Shown in pieces: positions 25,936 to 42,034 of a stretch of DNA of 64,000 nucleotides. Numbering within the stretch: position 1 is the first letter of the stretch; every line of letters starts with the position of its first letter. This DNA is from Macrostomum lignano. Its lineage: Eukaryota. Under the pieces are notes generated by a model. The model did not search any database and was not told where the DNA came from. It was given only the letters and a program-made list of their open reading frames with translations. Both the position numbers and the translations under genes were made by a program. The stretch spans positions 1-64,000 of the forward strand of contig NIVC01003934.1 in NCBI GenBank assembly GCA_002269645.1, written 5' to 3'.

Positions 25936-26965
25936 TAAGATTACCAACAACATCAGCAGCACTAAAGATGAATACTGCATCAGGTCTGCGCATGAAAAGA
26001 AAGGGTGTCAAATCAGTCCATACACTTGGATATCTGCAGTGACACGGAATCGTGTGAGCTGAGCAGACTCAACCCGTATCAGATTTCCAATTTCTTTAAT
26101 TGCGTCAGTCAGACGACTGGTTGTGTTTTTTTGTAATCCATCAAAACATTTTATTTCAACCTTTGCTGCAAGAATCTTGCCGAGAATTGCCTGCCCAATG
26201 GCAGGAATGATCCATCCCTGTCAATGCCAGTTGGGTGAACTTACTGAAGGCGTTACAAATATCGCCTTGTCAGTAGAGAGACAGATTGCCGCAATCGAAT
26301 ACACACATGGCTAGATGAAGTTTATATATGTGATAGATAACAGAAATTGCGATTAAGTCACGCCGCGAGGAACTGAGCAAACACCACAGGAGAAAATACG
26401 CCGTCCTTTCGTCATCACGGCTCCACGTGTCACAATTGTCATGCTAAAAGCAAGCCTATATGGGCCTTAGGAGCCTTTGAAATTCTTGCTCTGTTCGTGC
26501 TGCACAGTATTGACATTACAAGGCGCAAGCCAGAAGCAGATGCGCTCCTAAGAAATAGTAACGTTTCATTCTTTGATTGTTGCAAAAACAAGCCGCAACG
26601 CTTTTGTAGCAAATCCCCCGATCTTGCAAAACGGGGGAATTTTCGCACGAACTGTCCCTCCAACCCTCCTCAAGCCGAACACTTTGAACTCGAAACTGGA
26701 CTAGATTCGGTGAAACATTCCTCTCTGGCACCTCACTATTCCGGTAAATCATATTTTCTTGCCCCCAGCTTGACCAAGCGAAAAAGACAGAGTCTGTGGG
26801 AGAGAGAGAGAGAGAGGCAGAAAGTCCTCTGGGACACACACACACAGACGCATGCAATACAACACACAGAAGCGATATATAGAGCTAGAATGGATGCAAT
26901 CGAGCAATTTAATTTCAGCGGCTTGCCGATTCGATGGACATCGGGCGGCTGCGATGGCGGACACG

Positions 26966-26999
<34 letters not shown>

Positions 27000-27971
27000 G
27001 AGCGAAGTGCGAGAGCCGGGTAGATGGAAAACAGGGGAGCTGGGACTGCTGGGGGGCAGTTGGAGTGAATAGAGCGCAAAACTATTTGGAAAGATTTCAG
27101 GGATTTCGGCTAAAGCGAGTAGACGCCGGCATCGAGGAGAAAGTGTGAGCGGAGACTGAATCGAGTGGAGAAGCTGAGGGCCCCTATTGAGCGCAGATGC
27201 AATATCTGTGCTCACACTCTGGCAATTTCTGCTAGGGCAAATCGAATTTTACTCCCTCTCAGCCTGCTTTTTTATCCGCCCCTGGCTACTAGGCTAAGAG
27301 TTTCTAAACTGGCAGTGGGCCATGCTCTACTTTCGCTCATATTACTGAGCGCAATATACTCGTAAATCAGAGAGTTCCCAAGCTGACAGAACGTTCAAGT
27401 ATATAAACATGCACCGCGATGCCATTCGTTGCATCATTCTCCGCGTATGAACCGGACACCAGGGTCCGTATAGCTGTTTATTATAGACGAGGGGAAGTAG
27501 CATAATTGTCAGCAGGCGAGCGAGAGAATATAGATGCATTGATAGATGGACCTGAGAACCGCACCGCTTTGAGTCCGGGTTTAGCGGGCACGGCTAAGGG
27601 GAGGGCTTAATGGCCTGGGCGAGCAAATTTTATGCTCGCAAAATTGAAGGCCTGCTCCCCGACTGGATCATTAGGAGACGGGGGCGGCGTGGGGGAGGAG
27701 GGCATGCCCCAGTGCGCAGAAATTTACTGAGGTAGCTATAGGAAGTGAACTGCGAGAGGCCAGGAAAATAAGACGGCCCTCTCTGCTGCCGGAATGAAGT
27801 GAGAAGTGAAAGACAGACAGAATGACTAAGTGGCAAAGTGTAGAAGATCTGAAGTGTATAATTTTCAAATTCCATGCCTTTAAAATTCTTAGGCGATGTT
27901 AATAAAGAATGGGAACTAATCAAAACACGTTTTTTTTCAGATCGCCACTAACACAGGAGCATAAAAGAAGC

Positions 27972-30881
27972 ATGAGAAGGTTAGCAGTGCAGCATTCTCT
28001 GGTGCTAGTGATCCTAAACTTCCTGCAGTTCCTTCCCTGTCATTCAGTGTACAGCCCGCCATTGCTGGCAACCAGAACCGTCAGAGAGGGCACAACGGCG
28101 TTCCGCATGGACCTGATGCCTCTGCTGCGCAGCCAACTGGGCGACGCTCAAGCAGACAGCGCCAGGCGGATCTCCTTCTTCAAGGAGAAAGAGGCCTACC
28201 CGTTTCACATACTCAGCGACGGGCAGATCGGCCTGCAGGGCGCGCTGGACCGCGAACAGGTGTGCCGCTCCGGCTCGCCGTGTCCCGAGCAATGCTGCAA
28301 ACTCCTGCGAATTGAAGTCCGCTTAGCGACTAGCCAAACCCGGGAGTTCTACATCCGTCTGCTCATCGATGACGTAAACGATTCACCGCCGAACTTTGAG
28401 AACCACATCGATCGGGTGTACTTAAGCCTCAGCGAGGATAGCCGACCAGGATACGAGCTGGAGCTGCCGGCAGCATCGGACGCGGACACGCCTGAGAATG
28501 GCGTCAAGGAGTACAAAATCTCCAACAAGCTGCCGGACAATGTCACCTTTGATAGGCACTTCCTGCTCATCGACAGTCAGTGGCCACTAACGCCGAAGCT
28601 TCGACTAACACTGCCGGTGGATTGCGAGGAGACGCCAGAGATGGGTTTCATTTTCCTAGCTGTCGATGGGGGAGAGCCCCAGTTAACTGGCAGTCTGTCT
28701 GTTCTCATTGAAATCAAGGACGTGAACGACGACACCCCTAGGATTTTAGACTTCGAACCTGGCTACACCATCCGGTTGAACGAGACAACTACTTCGTTCC
28801 ACGGCGGGAGTTACAGCAGGCAACAGGTGGCGCGGTTTCGCGTTGAAGACCGAGACAGCAACGATAACGGACGAGTGAAATGCGACATCAAACCGCCGCC
28901 AAGCGTGGAGCCGCGACTTAGAGCTGATCGGTACTTCGAAGTCAAGCCGATGTCAGGCGGTCCTAATCTATGGGAATTGAAAACTCTATTGGCCATAGAC
29001 TACGAGCAGGTCAAGAGCTTCAGTTTCCACATCGTTGCTAGCGATTTCGGTATGCCAAGACATTCAAGCAGTGTCTCCGTGTCTATCATGGTGCAGAACA
29101 TTGACGATCATCTCATTAGCATCACCTTTTGGAACGGCGGGGATCGTCGCGACAGGGTGGAGCTTCTTGAGAACAGCCCGTCAGGTCTGAAGATTGCTTC
29201 TGTCGAGGTTAAAGACCCCGACCTAGAGCTCAAGTCCGAGTATGGAAGACTTCATTGCACCCTGACCAGTGGAGCGGGCCTCTTCCGCTTGGAAGAAAAA
29301 GAAGTATTCGGACTAACAAAAGAGTTCAATCTGCGAACAGTGGCTGTATTTGACCGAGAACAACGCGACGAGCATCGTGTTGTTGTGGCCTGTCAGGACA
29401 GTATGAACTCAGCGGCTTCTTCCACAGCAACTCTGACTGTAGCGATTTCAGACGTCAACGACTGTCCGCCGGAATTCAGCCGACAGCTGTACCGCGGCAG
29501 CGTCCCGGAAAACTCGTCCAGACGCAAAATTGTACAAATGGACGCCGGAAATCGGATTCAAGCCGTTGATCGGGACGCCTTTCCCAACAATCGTATCGTC
29601 TACAAACTACAGGGGCCTGAGGCGGCACCATTTAGCATCGACGTCCAAGGCAACATTCTCGTCAATGGCGAGCTAGACTATGAGGACCAGAAAAGCTACA
29701 GATTCAATGTGACAGCCGTCAACGAGAATAACGCTTCGATGCGCAGTGTAGCAGGAGTCGTCATTGACGTGATTGACGTCAACGATAATCCGCCTATTAT
29801 AGTAGAATACGACAAAGGCTACCGGTTCAACGTTCAGGAGGAAATCAGCGACATTATCATCGGTCGTATCAACGCCACGGATGCTGACACACTTCCGGAG
29901 AATAGTCGCGTGAACTTTCGTATTCTGACGGCCGATGGCAGCGGCCTGGACGGATTTGGTCGGCGGGAAGCGGATCGCTACTTCCGAATTGACCCAAATA
30001 GCGGAGACGTTCGCGTGGTGGCCCGTATAGATAGGGAACAGTACCAGTATTTCCAGTTCCGGGTTCTAGCTGAAAACCCCAGCTCACTAGTTCTGGCGCC
30101 CGGTTCGTCAAGGCTGTCAGCTAGCGAACCGGGCTCTCCATCAGTGACCACCGTAACTGTCTACGTCACCAACATCAACGACCATCCGCCACGACTCTGC
30201 CAGACTCTGTCAAGCGTTGGTGGCCAGCAGACACGCCAGACTTGCAATGAGCCGCCGCAGCTGCTGCGAGTGCAGTTCATTGACAGTGGAATCTTCTATA
30301 ACCGACAGGTGCTCCCGAGGAACACCGGTGCACTCTGTTCGATTACGAAATTCGTGACCCGGATGATTTCGCCGACTCGTCCGGTTTTCAACAGCCGAAA
30401 GCCGTGATGACGTTGGAGAATATCACTGAACTGCGACAAGGAGCGCGTCATGCGGTGACGGACGGCTCGGTGCAGTTCCGCTTCGATAGTCAACAGCTGT
30501 GCATTCAGAGACTGCCGGCCAACCAAGCTGACCGAGAGATCTATGAGATGATTATTCGAGTTGAGGATCCGAGCGAGCCGCGCCATCGCCGTGAATATCC
30601 CTGCGTCGTCACAATTGTGCGGACAAGGCCACAACCGCCGGTCCTTGGCGGCGACGTCAACGGCGGACGCGGCGGCCAAGCCGGCGGAGTCGGCGGCAAC
30701 TACAACTACGAGCGAGGCGGCCATAGGACCGTCAACAGACTGGACGAAGGTCCCGTTGAACGCCGCAATTTCGTCATCATAGTAACCCTGGTAACTGTAG
30801 TTGTGTTCATCATTGTCATCGTGTTCGCCTTCGTGCTGTTTTTCTACGTCAAGAAAATCGATAGAACTATGGACAATAAAG
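27972..30881 (+). CDS. Protocadherin large ectodomain + TM exon (signal peptide, 7 cadherin repeats, TM), with a frameshift near 30314
   Basis: Linkers DVNDSPP, DVNDDTP, NIDDH, DVNDCPP, DVNDNPP, NINDHPP, plus LDRE/FDRE motifs. The second frame gives LFDYEIRDPDD and TM FVIIVTLVTVVVFIIVIVFAFVLFFYV. Donor AAAG|GTGAGC at 30881. Confidence 0.9.
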
Positions 30882-31940
30882 GTGAGCAAATAAATCTCGC
30901 TTATCTACAGTTTATGGGTTAAATTCATCCGGGTTACAATTTAACTTAACCGCATTGCAAACAGTCATCTAAGACTAAGAATCGGCCTCTCGGAAACGAG
31001 ATCTTGAGATTTAGTATGAATAGGCTGCTATAGCATCGCTTTCAAGCATAAGTGGCCAAATCTCAGTGGCTGCACCGCTGCTTCTATAAAGCCAGAAGAC
31101 TCTGTGTAGCCGCTGTGTGCGCCACATAACGGCTGGAAATGAATTCTTTGATTCGCCATGTAAATTGGCCTGCCTGCCCCCTCCTCTCAATTCATGTTGT
31201 TAAGGAAAGTCGATGGATGAGATGGCATGCATCCTTTTTTGCCGACATTGAAGAGCGCAGGAAGGACGCGGTATACATATATAGTGAGGCTCTAGCTTGA
31301 GAATAAGGGGCTTTTTAAGTAAGAGGGGAGAGCGGGAGACGAAAAATAGAGGCAGAACCGGCCCTCTTGATTGATGACTGACCAGCGGCAGCGCATGGTG
31401 CCGCTTCATGGCCTGGAATCGCTGGGGCTCATTGGGATATTGCTGTTAGCTTGATCCCGTGGCCTTCCACCCAGCCCAGTGTGAAACGAAGAGAAATTGA
31501 GAAAGAGCCAGGGAGGCGGAAATCTCTATCGCTGCCAAATAGCACATGTGAGGCCATCATCCATCAGATTCCGGGCCTGCGCCATGCGGTTAAGCCCAAT
31601 TCCGCTTGCACACTTGCTTCATGGGCTGGAGAAACTCTTCAAAGCTGCACCTCGCCGGAACAGAGGAGCTTTTTTTCTCATTCTAATCGGCGAGCTTTTT
31701 TCGATTCTATTTTCTCATCGGGATTTATTAGCGCCAACGAAGCAAGGCTTACGAATGCATCTGCTTTAAAACTGGATGGGAGCAGGGGTATGGGGCCACC
31801 TCGCTAGGATTATGGCTTTAGTCCGGCTTTTTCCGCTCTCTACTGAATCGGCGATGATGTGGCAGAGACGGATTAGAATGCGGCGAAGCTGGAACGGTTG
31901 GTCAATTGCTTGTCTTCGGATTTATGGGAGACTAAATAGC

Positions 31941-32778
<838 letters not shown>

Positions 32779-33507
32779 CCCGCTAACTCTAGAAACCTCT
32801 AGCTTAGCACACCCGCGTGAGCGCTAGTCCCGCAATAGCGGCCAGTTCAGTCATAAATCAAGTCCAGAAGAAGTTCTCTTCACCAATTTGGTCTCTCAAA
32901 AAATCATCGCTAATTTCCTGTCCGCTGCACCTACTGTAAAAGAGAACCCCACTGGCCGGGGGCAATACAAATTGACTGCAAATTGTGTACAAAGGTGAGA
33001 ATCAAAGCAATTATAGGCACAGATGGATCTCACTGTAGGAATTCCCAAAGTGTCCACTAAAGGCCTCTTCGCTCTCGGATCCCACCACAGGCCACAATGG
33101 CAAGGCAGTCAGCCAGCAATTCAATTGAATGAATTTGGGTCTGCATGGCTGCACCGAGAAAACAAGAGGCCTCATTGGACGGACCAGCGGTCGTCACACC
33201 TCTGCCCACCGGCAGTAATCTCTTCTGTCCTCTTCATCTTGCCAGTCTGAGTGAGCTTTTCAACCCCGACTTAAAAGGCCACTTAAAGAAAAAGTTCATT
33301 TCTTTTGTCACAATCTCTCCTCATATTGCTGAGCTCAAGCTACTAATATTTAGCTTCAATCAGGTGCTTTCTGTGCGCTTATTTAAGAATCCTTAAGTTG
33401 CCGTGAGGTGGTCCTTGAACTGCGACAATGAACTCAAGAATTCTGATGGACACTGCAATAGCCTAAGTCTAATAGTGGTATCTCTGCTTTTTGTGTTAGC
33501 TCAGCAA

Positions 33508-34228
33508 CTTGTCCAAACTGAAGACATCTTGTCCAAGTTGAAGACATCTTGTCCAAATTGAAGACATCTTGTCCGAACTAAAGACACCCTGTCCAAACTA
33601 AAGACACCCTGTCTAAACTAAAGACACCCTGTCCAAACTAAAGACATTGTGTCCAAACTAAAGACATCTTGTCCGAACTAAAAACATCTTGTCCAAACTA
33701 AAGACACCCTGTCCAAACTAAAGACACCCTGTCCAAACTAAAGACACCCTGTCCAAACTAAAGACACCCTGTCCAAACTAAAGACATCTTGTCCAAACTA
33801 AAGACATCTTGTCCAAACTAAAGACATCTTGTCCAAACTAAAGACATCTTGTCCAAACTAAAAACATCTTGTCCAAACTAAAGACACCCTGTCCAAACTA
33901 AAGACACCCTTTCCAAACTAAAGACACCCTGTCCAAACTAAAGACACCCTGTCCAAACTAAAGACACCCTGTCCAAACTAAAGACATCTTGTCCAAACTA
34001 AAGACATATTGTCCAAACTAAAGACACCCTGTCCAAACTAAAGACACCCTGTCCAAACTAAAGACATCTTGTCCAAACTAAAGACATCTTGTCCAAACTA
34101 AAGACATCTTGTCCAAACTAAAGACATCTTGTCCAAACTAAAGACACCTTGTCCAAACTAAAGACACCTTGTCCAATCTAAAGACATCTTGTCCAAACTA
34201 AAGACATCGTGTCCAAACTAAAGACATC
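33508..34228. repeat. 20-bp minisatellite (GTCCAAACTAAAGACA[CCCT/TCTT]), ~35 copies
   Basis: Directly visible. Confidence 0.95.
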
Positions 34229-34959
34229 AAATTAAGGACATCAGTACAAAAATGATTCAAGTAAAAGGGCAAATACCTGTGCATCACTGCAGCATTGCCA
34301 TTTTCAATCAGTCGTTTCAAAACAGATTCTGACAATTTGATAGAGTTAGTTTATTACTGGTCAAGAATTGCTGCATCAAACTAACGCAGATGACAAGTTA
34401 GAAAGGGCGACGACAAGCTGCAATTGCTAGAAACGAACCGCCCGGGCCCGAAAGAACAGAGGGACAGAGAAATAGAGAGCCTCAGCAGATGCGCAGATGG
34501 TCCAAACTTCTTCGCGTGCTGAAAGCATTTTAGTTTAGGTTTAAACAAACAGGAAGTCGGATTTTAAACTAGCAGACTTTGTGCCAAAACGGACGCAAGA
34601 GAAGGTTAAAGGTCTGCTGATGTCAGAGAATACGTATGCAATTGCCGATTGCTACGATGATAAAAAGTCTAAATTTCTATTACACATTTCGATGGCTATA
34701 ATTTGGATTATAAAAGTAGCACCCAATATTGCATATAATAGCTATTTACACTTATTATTCATAAACATTCATTGCAATCTTAAATATTCAAGTAAGATAA
34801 CTTAAAAAAGTCATAATAAATGGTCATAACAGTCTTAAACAGCCATAAGGGGCATGGCAATCATAACAGTCAATATCAATAATAACATTCATAATAATCA
34901 TAAGCAGTCATACCAATCACAACAGTCATCTATTGTGATAATAGTCATAACAGTCAAAA

Positions 34960-35545
34960 ATATACTCAAAACAATCAAACAGTCATAGCAGTCATCAACA
35001 GTCATAACAATCATAAACAGTCATAACAACCATAAACAGTCATAACAACCATAAACAGTCATAACAACCATAAACAGTCATAGCAGTCATAAACAGTCAT
35101 AACAATCATAAACAGTCATAACAACCATAAACAGTCATAACAACCATAAACAGTCATAGCAGTCATAAACAGTCATAACAACCATAAACAGTCATAACAA
35201 CCATAAACAGTCATAGCAGTCATAAACAGTCATAACAATCATAAACAGTCATAGCAGTCATAAACAGTCATAACAATCACAAACAGTCATTACAATCACA
35301 AACAGTCATTACAATCACAAACAGTCATTACAATCACAAACAGTCATTACAATCTCAAACAGTCATTACAATCACAAACAGTCATTACAATCACAAACAG
35401 TCATTACAATCACAAACAGTCATTGCAATCACAAACAGTCATTACTATCACAGTCATTACAATCACAAACAGTCATAACAATCACAAACAGTGATAACTA
35501 TCACAAACAGTCATAACAATCACAAACAGTCATAACAATCACTCG
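34960..35545. repeat. ~19-bp minisatellite (AAACAGTCATAACAACCAT and variants)
   Basis: Directly visible. Confidence 0.92.
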
Positions 35546-35631
35546 TAGCAACCATAACAGTCCTAACACTCAGCAGTCACTCCAGCTGTCACTGCAGAAA
35601 TGCTATCATATCCCGTGACGTATTACTATAG

Positions 35632-35837
35632 TAATGCCCCTACAAGCCATAAAACTAAGCAGACAGTGCAAAGAAGACCTGTTCCCAAATTTCCGCACAG
35701 AGTTCGAAGCCGAAGCGGTCACGATGCCGCTTCAAGGTCAGTCGGCAACTGCGGTACCAAATTCGTCTGGAACTGTTGGAAAGCATCATCCAGGAGGTGG
35801 CGGCACACTGGCGGAAGCTATGCCGCTCATGACTGAG
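35632..35837 (+). CDS. Candidate internal cytoplasmic exon of the protocadherin
   Basis: TAG acceptor, open frame (..KEDLFPNFRTEFEAEAVTMPLQGQS..), strong GAG|GTGAGC donor, phase-compatible with the 30881 donor. Additional small exons (e.g. ~34577-34613, ~40620-40790) are unresolved. Confidence 0.5.
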
Positions 35838-35871
35838 GTGAGCTTTCCATCTGAGTAGCCACAGTAGTAGG

Positions 35872-36605
35872 GGAGACAGGGGAGATGAGACAGGGGAGAG
35901 AGGGGAGAGGAGACAGGGGAGATGAGACAGGGGAGAGGAGACAAGGGAGAGGAGACAGGGGAGAGGAGACAGGGGAGATGAGACAGGGGAGAGGAGACAT
36001 GGGAGAGGAGACAGGGGAGAGGAGACAAGGGAGAGGAGACAGGGGAGAGGAGACAGGGGACAGGAGACAGGGGAGATGAGACAGGGGAGATGAGACAGGG
36101 GAGATGAGACAGGGGAGATGAGACATGGGAGAGGAGACAGGGGAGAGGAGACAAGGGAGATAAGACAGGGGAGAGAGGGGAGAGGAGACGGGAGATAAGG
36201 GAGAGGAGACAGGGGAGAGAGGGGAGAGGAGACGGGAGATAAGGGAGAGGAGACAGGGGAGAGAGGGGAGATGAGACAGGGGAAATGAGACAGGGGAGAC
36301 AGGGGAGAGAAGACAGGGGAGAGGAGACAGGGGAGAGGAGACAGGGGAGATGAGACAGGGGAGAGAGGGGAGAGGAGACGGGAGATAAGGGAGAGGAGAC
36401 AGGGGAGAGAGGGGAGATGAGACAGGGGAAATGAGACAGGGGAGATGAGACAGGGGAGACAGGGGAGAGAAGACAGGGGAGAGGAGACAGGGGAGAGGAG
36501 ACAGGGGAGATGAGACAGGGGAGAGAGGGGAGAGGAGACGGGAGAGAAGGGAGAGGAGACAGGGGAGAGAGGGGAGAGGAGACAGGGGAGAAAGAGGAGA
36601 GGAGA
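35872..36605. repeat. Purine-rich minisatellite (GGAGACAGGGGAGA variants)
   Basis: Directly visible. Confidence 0.9.
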
Positions 36606-37974
36606 CACTCTTGACAGAGATATCCGAGCGGGGAGATTTACTGACGGAAATTGGAGAAGCCGGGGACACGGTCATCCATCCATAACCTGGTGATCAACCC
36701 TTCTCTCACAAGAAGTTAGGAAATGCACAAGCTTGGGTTTTAGCACTGCACACCCCCCCCCCCTCGCCTCAGTTGATAGGGTCCGCTACAGGCCGCCAAG
36801 GGATCCAAGACAAACAAACGCGAGATTTGGTAGAAGCAGAGGTAGAACGCAGATTGATCTCATATAGTCCGGAGCATGTAAGAATCAACATTATATACTG
36901 ACATACTGCGATTGCGCTTCTTGAGTAAACACCGGAATAACAAGGATTGCTTAGTTTCAGCGCTGGTGAGTGGTGGTGGGTGTCGGTTTGTAGTATAGCA
37001 AGAATGACACTATGTAAGCATCATCTATACCAGACATGTGAGCACATGCGGCTGCTTGTATAATCAGTGGCAGATTGCTTTGCTGCTGTGGATGAAGAGA
37101 GCAACCGCTTGAACTAGTATTCGACTGCTTGGCATCTGGGTTTGTTTTTTGTTGGTGAAAATCGACATTTGATCATGTTTGAGCTGCCCATCGGTATCTG
37201 GACTGCATCCCACATAGATGGGGATTTGAGAAGAATTTTATCTTCAGGGGGAAGAGAGTTCGAAATAAGGAGAGGGGGAGAGAGGTAGAGGAATGGAGAG
37301 ATGGAAAAAGAGGAGAGAGAGGGAGAGAAGATGAAAGAGAGGGAGAAAAGATGGGAGAGAATGAGAGAGGATGGGAGAGAAGGAGAGAGGATGGTAGAGA
37401 AGGAGAGAGGTTGGGAGAGGAGAGAGGAAGGAGAGAATGAGAGAGGGTGGGAGAGGGTGGGAGATTGATAGCATTGACTAGCTCGTTTTTCAGCTTGAAA
37501 TTGAAGTTGAAACATAAAAAATCCAACTTAAACAAATCGTGACTCATTTCAAAGCTTTAAATAAAATCTCAATAAATAAGGAAATGTTTAGTTACAAAAT
37601 GAGACCAGTGCCTCGGCGTCCAGGGCATTTCAGCACGCCGGTATTTTACGAGTGTAGTACACTGATTCGAATTTCATTTTAAAAGTCAAGTGGTTTAGTC
37701 ATGTATTGTGATTTAATTTATTGCAGTTGATACATAAAATCGAGCGTATCTTGTTTCACCCTTAGGTGCCTTGAATTTTGAATTAGTAATGAAGTTCAGA
37801 AATTCAATATGCCAAAATATTGTGTGCTTTGTTTAGTTAATTAGAATACAAGGGCTGGCGTTTCTGGGTTCTTTGGGTGTCTTATGAGCTGCACCTGCTT
37901 GAGAGTGACCTTGCTGCGAAGATATCTCAATTTTCATGTTGTTTCTTTTGTTTCCAAATTTGTCGAGTAGAGAG

Positions 37975-38450
37975 AGACAAGAGACAGTAGAGAGAGAAGG
38001 GAGACACTGTAGAGAGAAGAGACACACCGTAGAGAGAGAAGGGAGACACAGTAGAGAGAGAAGGGAGACACAGTAGAGAGAAGGGAGACACAGTAGAGAG
38101 AAGGGAGACACAGTCGAGAGAGAAGGGAGACACAGTAGAGAGAAGGGAGACACAGTAGAGAGAGAAGGGAGACACAGTAGAGAGAGAAGGGAGACACAGT
38201 AGAGAGAGAAGGGACACACCGTAGAGAGAGAAGGGAGACACAGTAGAGAGAGAAGGGAGACACAGTAGAGAGAGAAGGGAGACACAGTAGAGAGAAGGGA
38301 GACACAGTAGAGAGAGAAGGGAGACACAGTAGAGAGAAGGGAGACACAGTAGAGAGAGAAGGGAGACACAGTAGAGAGAAGGGAGACACAGTAGAGAGAG
38401 AAGGGAGACACAGTAGAGAGAAGGGAGACACAGTAGACACAGAGAGACAG
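37975..38450. repeat. 20-22-bp minisatellite (CACAGTAGAGAGAAGGGAGA)
   Basis: Directly visible. Confidence 0.92.
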
Positions 38451-38904
38451 GGAGTTTGCACTTTTAATCTCGCACATGTAATTTAAAATTTCGACACTGG
38501 TAGAGCTGTGCAGAGCGCAGTAAACACAGTAAATGCTTCCACAGGTCCCAGATGAGATGTGCCGCCTCAAGCAGTGTTTTATTGTCACTAGCTAAAGTTC
38601 CTTCCATTGTCTCTAGGAAAACAGCAATGCTTCTGTTTTATGACATACGATTGCTTTCTGAATTCTCAAAGGAAGGAATGAAAGACAAAAAAGCAGAGGA
38701 ACCCGTGCCGCTGCATCGGATGCAGAGAGGCTGTTGAGGATACTGAAGTGGCGGTGAATGTCAAAGACAAGGGCTGGGGTTGGAATGATGCAAATTTACT
38801 GAAATACTCGTATATATGAAGCAGACTGATATACAAAATATCCTATGCATAGATTATTTACATGCTTTGCTAGATAAATTTTAGACTGTCTACTTGTCTA
38901 ATAG

Positions 38905-39435
38905 AGTAGAAGGAGGAAGAGAGTGAGAAAGGAGAGAATGGAGAGAGGAGAGAGAAGAGAAAGGAGAGGCGAGAGAGGAGACAGGGGAGAGAGTGAGAGA
39001 GGGGAGAGGGGAGAGGGGAGAGGGGAGAGAGAGTGAGAAAGGAGAGAAGGGAGAGAGGAGAGAGAAGAGAAAGGAGAGGCGAGAAAGGAGAGATGGGAGA
39101 CATTAAATAAGACGGGAGGAGAGAGGGGAGAGAGTGAGAGAAGCAAGAGGGGAGAGACTGAGAAGAGAGGGGAGACATTGAATGAGACGGGAGGAGAGAG
39201 GGAGACATTGAGTGAGATGGGAGGAGAGAGGGAGACATTGGATGGGACGGGAGGAGAGAGGGGAGACATTAAATAAGACGGGAGGAGAGAGGGGAGACAT
39301 TAAATAAGACGGGAGGAGAGAGGGGAGACATTAAATAAGACGGGAGGAGAGAGGGGAGACATTAAATAAGACGGGAGGAGAGAGGGGACACATTAAATGG
39401 GACGGGAGGAGAGGGGGGAGAGGAGAGAAGGGGGA
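38905..39435. repeat. GA-rich tract and ~31-bp minisatellite (GAGACATTAAATAAGACGGGAGGAGAGAGGG)
   Basis: Directly visible. Confidence 0.85.
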
Positions 39436-40146
39436 GTGTGAGATTATATCGAGAGTGCTCGTACAAGCAAATAGTCATCGAGGGGGTAAAAGGAAGTAAA
39501 GACAGAGACTGTTGGGCGGACAGTGCAAGAAGACAGGCTGTGCTTTATTTTAGGTAAATTATTACTAATTTTACAGTAGACTCAACCATGTTTTCATTCC
39601 CAATAGCAGTTATGAAATATTAACAATGATAAAATTTCAGCAGTATTTCCGCCGCTAATCAAGATTTCCCCTGTATACAGGTAAATGCATGCAACTGAAG
39701 GCCGCTCTACAAAGGCTGTTTACCATTACCTGAGCGGTTGCTTAATGAGCGGAAAAGATCAGAGAGAGAGAGAGGGAGACCAGTCAAAGTCAAAGAAAGG
39801 AAGCTCGCAAAGGACACAGGGCTGATGGCTCAATTTGGCATGCAGATTAGGGATGGGTTGCTGTAATAAGTCGGCCATTTTTGAGTCCATTGATTGATCA
39901 CCCACTGTCGTCCAGCTGCATGCAAGACTATGAGACTGTGTTAGCCGCTGCCAGCCTCCAGCATCATTGGTATCAGTAGCGAATGGCTCTGAGCCTCTCG
40001 TGGCGCCACCTGCCGACAGTTTGGAGTAGCTGACAGGGGGAAGGAATTGGCATTGGCAGGGGAGAGTTCTGTTCTGTTGGGGCGGGCTGGGGTCTGAGGC
40101 TTCTCAGCGACAGAACGACGCCAGTGAGACCGCCTCTCCAGGGCGG

Positions 40147-40386
<240 letters not shown>

Positions 40387-40917
40387 ACGAGATTCATATA
40401 TCTAATGAAACACAGAAAACTCACACATTTCAGATTGTCAATTGTAAATCACCTTGATTTCATCAATGCAATCTCAACTCTTACAGGGCAAAACTGTGGC
40501 TTAGGAAAACGCAAAGGCTGGCATGCATACAATATAAGAGTCGCTATCAGCCGCATCAAAATCTGATCAGAGCAAGATCTACATAAGAGCATCAGGCAGT
40601 AAACAAGCAGACTTGCAGGCGCCGTAACTGTCTCTGTGTCCGTTGCCGTCCCTGCCTGCAGTGCGTGCCAAGCAGTGGCACAGCTGGGCTACTGGACCTG
40701 CAGCCGCCCCCCCCCCACCCGCAAATCCACGGGTTTGCTGCCGCAGCGGCCCGTACCTGTTACGATAGCAGTCTCCCGATGAACTTTTCATCGTATCGTT
40801 TAGAAGTTGTAAAAAATCTTAGGGCTCAAGTAACAGAGGATGCCATGCGAACTGCTTTCGTACAGATTGCAGAGCGGATCCGTGCTGAGTAACAGATGAG
40901 TGCGGGACAACTGAGGG

Positions 40918-41355
<438 letters not shown>

Positions 41356-42034
41356 CATACACTAAGATTGGCAGACACCCAGCTGAGTAGGCAAAGCAGG
41401 CAGTGACCAGTCGGAGTAGGCAATTCCCAACGCAACTTGCGTCGCAATCAGAATTATAATAATAAAGTAATAAAAACTGCAGTAAATGATAAAATGACGA
41501 ACGGCAAAGGGAAGCCGAGCTAGACAGAAGTGACTCAGTAGCATAGAGCTGAGTCGGCACTCAATCTCTTCTAATTAATTTGGCGAAAGCGGATCACAGA
41601 GGGACCGGCGCACACGCAGAGTCCGCTGCCTGCTACAATAAAAGGAAATCCGAAGCCGTCAGCAATTGCTTTTCTCTTCTGTAACTCCTTCTTCTGTCGG
41701 CGCTGTATTAAGGAATTAAAGCCCCTTTTTGCCATATTTCTTCTTCTGCATCAGCTTGATTTCTTCTTTTGCGAATTAAGCAGCAGAGAAGGAAAGAAAG
41801 AGAAGTAGAGAAAAAGAAAGTTGAATTTGCTACAATTTGATTCGCATTTTATAACTTACCTTTTTTCTCCTTTTACCATTGCCTCTGCGCACCGCTTCCC
41901 GCCGGGCCCGGTGGAATATTGCTTCTTTAATTCTTAGGCCAACGCTTGAGGTTCAAAAGGATTCAACTCGTTTTGTAGAGATCGATTAGGAATCTGGGAC
42001 GAGAGACAGAGGATTTAGAAGTGAGATTGAGGAT

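Noticed and set aside
26439-27365. Several 60-190-aa ORFs upstream of the protocadherin
   Set aside because: Overlapping on both strands, they include GA dinucleotide runs and have no domain; more likely promoter or 5' UTR.
32830-33260. Protocadherin or other exons after the TGTC array
   Set aside because: Short open frames, but splice phases lead to stops or require a 22-nt intron.
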